From contig JAFGOA010000072.1 in NCBI GenBank assembly GCA_016926735.1, positions 1 through 12,282 of the forward strand: a stretch of 12,282 bases of DNA. Reading direction: 5' to 3'. The notes beneath the pieces are model-generated. The model was not told where the DNA came from, ran no database searches, and was given only the letters and a program-made list of their open reading frames with translations. The DNA is from Promethearchaeota archaeon (GTDB lineage Archaea; Asgardarchaeota; Lokiarchaeia; Sigyniarchaeales; SOKP01). This document shows, in pieces, positions 7,077 to 12,282 of the stretch. The position numbers and the translations under genes are program-made. Positions within the stretch are counted from its first letter, which is position 1. Each line of letters begins with the position of its first letter.

Positions 7077-10031
7077 TTAGATAAATATTATTTTATTTAG
7101 ATATGTAATAATAACTTCAGTACTTAAATCTATTTTAGGTATAAAACCTTGTCCAAAATCTTTTATGCCCCCTCCTTTACCTTTATAATTTTCTACACAT
7201 TTTTTTATAACATTTCCTAAGTCTAGATCTATTTTCTCTTTTGGTTCAGGTCCCATCATACCCATAATTAAAATTCCCTTATCAATTTGATTTATCAAAA
7301 TTGAGATTGAATTTGGTTCGATTTTTAAAATATTTTGATTGATATTTTTAAGATCTTCTTTTGAAAGTTTTTCAAAAATACCAATAACAAATTTATATCC
7401 TTTATAATCCGTGGCATTGGATAATAGATTATTTAGATGTTCTTCGTTTAGAATTTTTTCAACTTTCTTTAATTTGTTCTTCGAATTTTCCCATTCATAA
7501 TAAATCTTTTGTATTTTCTCAATTAATCCATTATAATTAACTCCTAAAATTTCAGATAATTTTGTTAAATTATCTCCTTTGAATTTATCAGTGGAGTTTA
7601 GAATTAAATCATTATCATTCACCTTTCCTGATGATAATGATTTTTTTATATTTTTCCATTTAATTAATAACTCGGAGACCCTACCAATTATTTCTTCTTC
7701 ATTTACATTTAATAATGATTTTATCTCACTAATTATCATTATTTTTTTATTTATTATTTGTTCTGAAGCATTTCCAGCAGTAAAAACTATTCGAACTACA
7801 CCATCTTGTATTTTTTGTGATTTAATAATTCGGATCTTTCCTGTTTCTTTTGTGTTATTAAGATGTGTTCCACCACAAGCTTCAACATCTATTCCCGGAA
7901 TTTCAACAATTCTCAATTTCTTTCCTGGAACCGCTCCTCCTTGATAAATTTGCATTCCATATTCCCGTTCTGCATCAGAACGTGGTATAAATTTAAGATT
8001 AAGATCAATTGCTAAATTAACAATTTCGTTTGCTTTTTCTTCAATTTTTTTTAATTGATGATTGCTAAGTTGTTCATAATGTGTAATATCTAAATGGGAA
8101 TTTTTTAGAGTTTTTTTAGCGCCTGCTTGATTTATATGATTCCCTAAAATTTTTCGCGCAGCAGCATTGACTATATGCGTTGCTGTATGATGTTGTGTTA
8201 GTTGTTTTCTCCATGATTTATCAACTTCAATATTGACTATTTCTGATTCCTTGAATTTTGGTTTTTCATTTAATAAATGAATAACATGATTTCCTTGTTT
8301 AAACACATTATCAAATTTTTGATTATTAATCATACCAATATCATGTAATTGTCCACCAGAGGTAGGATAAGCAACAGATTGATCTAATATCACATTATTA
8401 TCAATTATTTTAAGGACTTTTCCTTTATTTTGCGTTTTCGTATAATCAGAATAAAATAAAGGTATGGTTTCTGGAACACCTTCTAAATTCAGTTCTATGG
8501 CTTTTTTTGTAGCATGTTCCTGTTCTTTTCGATCATGTCTTTCTAGAACCAGATTGTAGAAGTTATCCGGTATTTTAATATTAGTATTATATTTTTTTGC
8601 AGTTTCTTTCACCATATCTGGACTTATTCCATTAGAATCATACATTTCAATTAGTAATTCAGTATTTATTTCTCCTTTTCGTAAAATTCGTTCTAATATT
8701 TTATTAGCTTTCTTTTTTGTATTATTATATTTTTTTTTTTCTACTTCAAGAATTTCTCTAATTTCATCAAGATTTTTGGATAACTCTGGAAACATACCTT
8801 TTAGTTCTTCAGCATGCCATTCACAAATATTAGCTATATCAATATTCCAATTAAATCTATCAATAAATCCAATAGCTCTTCTATAAATTACTCTTAAATT
8901 ATATCCTCCACCTACATTTGAAGGAAGTTTACCATCATGAATAGCAAAAAGAAGAGTTCTAGCGTGTTCCGCAATAGAATATAAACCCATCATAGGAAGA
9001 ATTTTACTTTTTAGGGTATTAATTGGGATATTTAGTTCATCTGATACTCGTTGCCAAGCTAAATCCATATCATCAACTTCATCAGCATTAAGATATGCTG
9101 AATATCTAGAGAAATTTTTATATAGATCTAAATCTAAATCAATCTCAGTAATTTTTCTTAATTTAGATAATACTTGAGGAAATGTTGCTTCATACATATT
9201 TGGTGTTCCTTGAGAAAACCAGGCTACTCTTTCTTGACCCAATCCCATATCAAGAACTTTTAATTTTAATTCTTTAGGTCCTTGCTGAGTTTGTTCGAAC
9301 ATGGTATAAACTTGATTAAATAGTTCCACCCCTCGACTAAAAAATTCTAAACTACATCCAAAGGATCCTCCTCCTGCCCAGGAGTCCTCATGAATTGTAA
9401 TTTCCTCTTTAGATAATCCAACTCCCTCACTAATAAAGTCATGCATATCAATAAAAAGTTCTCCTTGATTCCACTCATTAGGAGTCATAAAAGCATGTTG
9501 TCCAATCATTATAAAGCCACAAGCATGAGACCCTGTTAATCCTACATTTTCAATATCATTAAATCTCAGACAAAATTGAGGAATTATTAGTTTTTTTGCA
9601 GGAGGTTCCATTTCACCTGCAATTACATATGGTTGAAACGCTGATATTGAAGCTATTGTAAACTCAGAAGTAGGATTCCATCTAGCTACACTTGGATATC
9701 TCTTAATTGGTACATATCCTCTAGGTTCTAATATTTCAACAATTTTTTTCCATACATCTGTATATGATAATGTTATTTTTGAGGGATTATCAACAACAAC
9801 TTGAAATCCTCCAGAACACATTGGATCTCCACATACTTTGCGATTAATATGAGTTGTCCAAAAAAAAGTACCACAAGAAACACATTCCTTTCGCATATAT
9901 CCTAATTCATTTAGCTCTTTTGTAGGAAAATATTTTTCTGGTTCAATTGAAGCGATTTTTTTAAAAACTTTTTTAAGTTCCTTGTCTGTCTTACAATTTT
10001 TAAGTAGAATTATATTTTGATCAGAAAGCAT
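7077..10031 (-). CDS. alaS: Alanine--tRNA ligase, archaeal type, 984 aa
   Basis: N-terminal CVSCG...CGDPMC cluster, ARW, IASISAFQP, motif 2 region CLRFNDIENVG, motif 3 DMGLGQER, PSNVGGGYNLR, editing motifs HHTATH and EACGGTH, and C-Ala GKGGG...GQG. Confidence 0.98.
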   Translation of the reverse strand: MLSDQNIILLKNCKTDKELKKVFKKIASIEPEKYFPTKELNELGYMRKECVSCGTFFWTTHINRKVCGDPMCSGGFQVVVDNPSKITLSYTDVWKKIVEILEPRGYVPIKRYPSVARWNPTSEFTIASISAFQPYVIAGEMEPPAKKLIIPQFCLRFNDIENVGLTGSHACGFIMIGQHAFMTPNEWNQGELFIDMHDFISEGVGLSKEEITIHEDSWAGGGSFGCSLEFFSRGVELFNQVYTMFEQTQQGPKELKLKVLDMGLGQERVAWFSQGTPNMYEATFPQVLSKLRKITEIDLDLDLYKNFSRYSAYLNADEVDDMDLAWQRVSDELNIPINTLKSKILPMMGLYSIAEHARTLLFAIHDGKLPSNVGGGYNLRVIYRRAIGFIDRFNWNIDIANICEWHAEELKGMFPELSKNLDEIREILEVEKKKYNNTKKKANKILERILRKGEINTELLIEMYDSNGISPDMVKETAKKYNTNIKIPDNFYNLVLERHDRKEQEHATKKAIELNLEGVPETIPLFYSDYTKTQNKGKVLKIIDNNVILDQSVAYPTSGGQLHDIGMINNQKFDNVFKQGNHVIHLLNEKPKFKESEIVNIEVDKSWRKQLTQHHTATHIVNAAARKILGNHINQAGAKKTLKNSHLDITHYEQLSNHQLKKIEEKANEIVNLAIDLNLKFIPRSDAEREYGMQIYQGGAVPGKKLRIVEIPGIDVEACGGTHLNNTKETGKIRIIKSQKIQDGVVRIVFTAGNASEQIINKKIMIISEIKSLLNVNEEEIIGRVSELLIKWKNIKKSLSSGKVNDNDLILNSTDKFKGDNLTKLSEILGVNYNGLIEKIQKIYYEWENSKNKLKKVEKILNEEHLNNLLSNATDYKGYKFVIGIFEKLSKEDLKNINQNILKIEPNSISILINQIDKGILIMGMMGPEPKEKIDLDLGNVIKKCVENYKGKGGGIKDFGQGFIPKIDLSTEVIITYLNKIIFI
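7455..7733 (-). repeat. Tandem duplication (55-aa period) of the helical linker module in the AlaRS C-terminal region
   Basis: ISEIKSLLNVNEEEIIGRVSELLIKWKNIKKSL (from residue 767) aligns without gaps to LTKLSEILGVNYNGLIEKIQKIYYEWENSKNKL (from residue 822). There are 8/33 identities including the Trp, and the hydrophobic pattern is conserved. Confidence 0.65.
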
Positions 10032-10184
10032 AATTATCTAGCAATTGCTATCACTAATTTATAATGAAGTTAATTCATCTTATCCTAAAATTATTTTGAT
10101 TTTAGGTTTTATCTTATAATTTTTAAATAAATGTGCTATATTGTCCATCTATTTTTAGCTAATTATAAAATTTATTTTTAATAG

Positions 10185-10213
10185 GACCAATGGTCTAAAA
10201 CCATTTATATTTA
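10185..10213 (+). promoter_or_regulatory. Candidate promoter of the ABC operon: palindrome GACCAATGGTC immediately upstream of a BRE/TATA
   Basis: GACCA-A-TGGTC (10185-10195) is a GC-containing dyad in an otherwise AT-dominated spacer. It is followed by AAAACCA and TTTATA (10204-10209). Confidence 0.45.
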
Positions 10214-10267
10214 CAATATAACTTATCAATCTAAATTAAAAATATTTAAAATACAATCAAAAAATAG

Positions 10268-11338
10268 GTGATACGAAATTTGTCAGAAACATTATTAAGA
10301 TTAAAAGATCTAAAGAAAGATTTTGGAAATTTCACAGCTGTCGATAAAATAAATTTAGATATATATGGTGGTGAAGTAATTGGATTTGTTGGTCCTAATG
10401 GCGCTGGAAAAACAACGGTCATAAAAATGATTGCTAGATTAATAAAACCCACGTCAGGTAAGATTTTTGTTCAAAATACTAAAGGTGAATTAGTAGATTT
10501 AAATTCTAAATTAAATATATTTAACTATTTTGGATTTTTAATTGACCAGCCTTTTTTTTACAAGGATACAACTCCCAAAGAAATATTAAAATATTTAGCA
10601 AAAGTACAACATTATCCTAAAAAGGATATTAATGAAAGAATTGATGAGTTATTGAAAAAATTCAATCTTTTTCGTTGGAAAGATAAAAAAATAAAAACAT
10701 TTTCAAAAGGAATGAAACAAAAATTAGGAATTGCTCAAACTCTTTTAATGGATCCAAAAATTATTATTTTAGATGAACCTCAATCAGGTTTAGATCCAAA
10801 AGCAAGGATAGAAATAAGAAAATTACTCAAAGAACTTCAACTTAATGGTAAAACTATTTTTGTAGCTTCTCATTTACTTCATGAGATATCCGAAATATGT
10901 GATAAAATAGCATTAGTAAACAAGGGAAAAATTATAGCTTTTAATACAATTGAAAATTTGAAAAGGAATCTAAAAACAAATATAATAGAATGCCAACTCC
11001 TTGAACCTATTAAAGACAAAAACGTTATTGATATGATGATAGATTTACTTTGTCCTTATTTAGATATGAATGTTACAACTGAATTAGGAATTAAACCAAT
11101 AGTCTTTAATTCAAATAATTATGATCTAGGAATTTATTTCGATGGAACCAAGGAATCAATGAGTGAAATATTAGATATTATAACTACTAAATTTAGATCC
11201 GAGATGAAATTAGTTTCATTTGCTCAACAACGTACGTCTCAACTTGAAAGAATATACACAGAACTATTAAATGAATATGATGATAATTCTTCATCAATAA
11301 TAACAAGTGAAGGTGATAATATTGCAATTGCTCGATAA
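10268..11338 (+). CDS. ABC transporter ATP-binding protein (ABC-2/multidrug exporter type); true start probably TTG at 10280
   Basis: Walker A GPNGAGKT, signature FSKGMKQK, Walker B IIILDEP, D-loop SGLDP, H-switch ASHL, and a C-terminal accessory domain ending LERIYTEL. The called GTG lies inside an AGGTGAT RBS (10266-10272), 7 nt before an in-frame TTG. Confidence 0.95.
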   Translation: MIRNLSETLLRLKDLKKDFGNFTAVDKINLDIYGGEVIGFVGPNGAGKTTVIKMIARLIKPTSGKIFVQNTKGELVDLNSKLNIFNYFGFLIDQPFFYKDTTPKEILKYLAKVQHYPKKDINERIDELLKKFNLFRWKDKKIKTFSKGMKQKLGIAQTLLMDPKIIILDEPQSGLDPKARIEIRKLLKELQLNGKTIFVASHLLHEISEICDKIALVNKGKIIAFNTIENLKRNLKTNIIECQLLEPIKDKNVIDMMIDLLCPYLDMNVTTELGIKPIVFNSNNYDLGIYFDGTKESMSEILDIITTKFRSEMKLVSFAQQRTSQLERIYTELLNEYDDNSSSIITSEGDNIAIAR

Positions 11339-12191
11339 GAAAGAGTTATATATGATATTAGAGGAAAAAAATAAGATCTATTTATCATTAAAAGAAATTT
11401 ATACAACAATCATTTTTGAGTTAAAAAGACAATATAAAATATTTTTAGGATTCACTATAACATCTATACTATTTGCATTTTTATTAAGTATTGTTCCATA
11501 TACTTTAATACCGGATTATCCTTTACCAGAAACACAAGCTGATTATTTTAGGGAGGGACTTCAATTTTTTACAATAATAGTTACAGTTGCGGCATGTCTC
11601 TTTTTTGGTAATCTTATTTGTTCGGAATATAGTAATAAAACAGGATATATTCTTTTTCCTATAATAAAAAAACAAAAATTATTCATTGGGAAATTTATCG
11701 CATGTCTAATATATATTTACTTGATAATTGGCGTTTTTTATTTAATTCTTGGTTTAGCAGGATTAACTTTCTATGGTGAATTAATAGATCTTTATTATAT
11801 CAGTTTAGGAATTGCATTGTTTTGGACTATATCGATGTGTTGTTTTATAACATTTTTGAGTTCATTTATGAAAAACACAACTCTAACTATTATAACGTCA
11901 ATTACATTCTTATTAATAGGAGATCGGATTATTGGTTTGCTTCTTAGTCTTATTGCACCTGAATTTGAACCGTTTTATTCTTTAAATTATGCTTCAAATA
12001 TTTTAATATATATCTTTGAAGATGATTTTCTTCTTGGAACGATGATTAGATATCATGAACAATTTAGGATGGGTTATGAAACAATCACTTGGATAACTCC
12101 AACAATAGAGGCAGGATTAATAATAATAATCTCTTATATAGGATTAAGTTTGATTTTAGCCTTCTTCTTTATAAAAAGGAGACAACTATAA
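11307..12191 (+). CDS. ABC-2 type transporter permease; true start probably TTG at 11322 or 11328, or ATG at 11352
   Basis: About 6 TM segments, the ABC-2 motif ICSEYSNKTGYILFPIIKKQKLFIGKF, and a C-terminal FIKRRQL. It overlaps the ATPase gene end. AGGTGAT lies at 11311-11317. Confidence 0.92.
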   Translation: MKVIILQLLDKKELYMILEEKNKIYLSLKEIYTTIIFELKRQYKIFLGFTITSILFAFLLSIVPYTLIPDYPLPETQADYFREGLQFFTIIVTVAACLFFGNLICSEYSNKTGYILFPIIKKQKLFIGKFIACLIYIYLIIGVFYLILGLAGLTFYGELIDLYYISLGIALFWTISMCCFITFLSSFMKNTTLTIITSITFLLIGDRIIGLLLSLIAPEFEPFYSLNYASNILIYIFEDDFLLGTMIRYHEQFRMGYETITWITPTIEAGLIIIISYIGLSLILAFFFIKRRQL

Positions 12192-12193
12192 TA

Positions 12194-12206
12194 TTTTTTT
12201 TTTTTT
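12194..12206 (+). terminator. Oligo-T tract, probable archaeal intrinsic terminator of the ABC operon
   Basis: A T13 run begins 3 nt after the permease stop codon. Confidence 0.6.
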
Positions 12207-12282
12207 CTTCCTTAATACAAATTAAAATCATAAGAATATTTATTATATATCATTAATCTTCATAAATATAAATATAATATTC

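Noticed and set aside
7579-7944. 121-aa ORF on the plus strand
   Set aside because: It is antisense to alaS. Its Phe/Ile/Ser-rich composition is what reverse-complemented Lys/Glu/Asn codons produce.
8730-8740. A11 homopolymer in the alaS coding strand as a programmed frameshift or phase-variation site
   Set aside because: The frame is intact (EKKKY), the gene is essential, and A-runs are common in this AT-rich genome.
10246-10452. 68-aa ORF on the minus strand
   Set aside because: It is a typical antisense shadow of the ABC Walker A region.
1-12282. CRISPR array, tRNA/rRNA, transposase, integrase or defence system
   Set aside because: I saw no regularly spaced repeats, no GC-rich structured RNA segments, and no ORFs with the corresponding motifs.

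Overview
A very AT-rich, gene-dense archaeal window, most likely from an Asgard archaeon (Lokiarchaeia-like). That assignment is inferred from two Rab-like small GTPase genes without prenylation tails, an archaeal-type AlaRS, an archaeal DTD2 deacylase, AGGTGAT ribosome-binding sites and oligo-T terminators. Eleven credible CDSs are present: a Rab-like GTPase, a ZIP-like membrane protein, dtdA, a winged-helix hypothetical protein, an ArgD/LysJ-like aminotransferase, a VOC protein, a Rab-like pseudo-GTPase fused to a Cys4 zinc module, a Nudix hydrolase, alaS, and an ABC-2 ATPase plus permease. I saw no RNA genes, CRISPR array or mobile element. The most notable observations are: (1) a catalytically dead Rab-like domain fused to a zinc finger, whose gene shares upstream sequence motifs with the intact GTPase gene 5.7 kb away; (2) a ZIP-like protein with an ~85-aa coiled-coil loop and eroded metal site; (3) an AlaRS with a tandemly duplicated C-Ala helical module and atypical motifs; (4) an unannotated, decayed glmS/SIS-like remnant in the 4960-5377 gap; (5) several dyad sequences in the alaS/ABC divergent promoter region. 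All functional calls come from motif recognition by eye; no searches were run.
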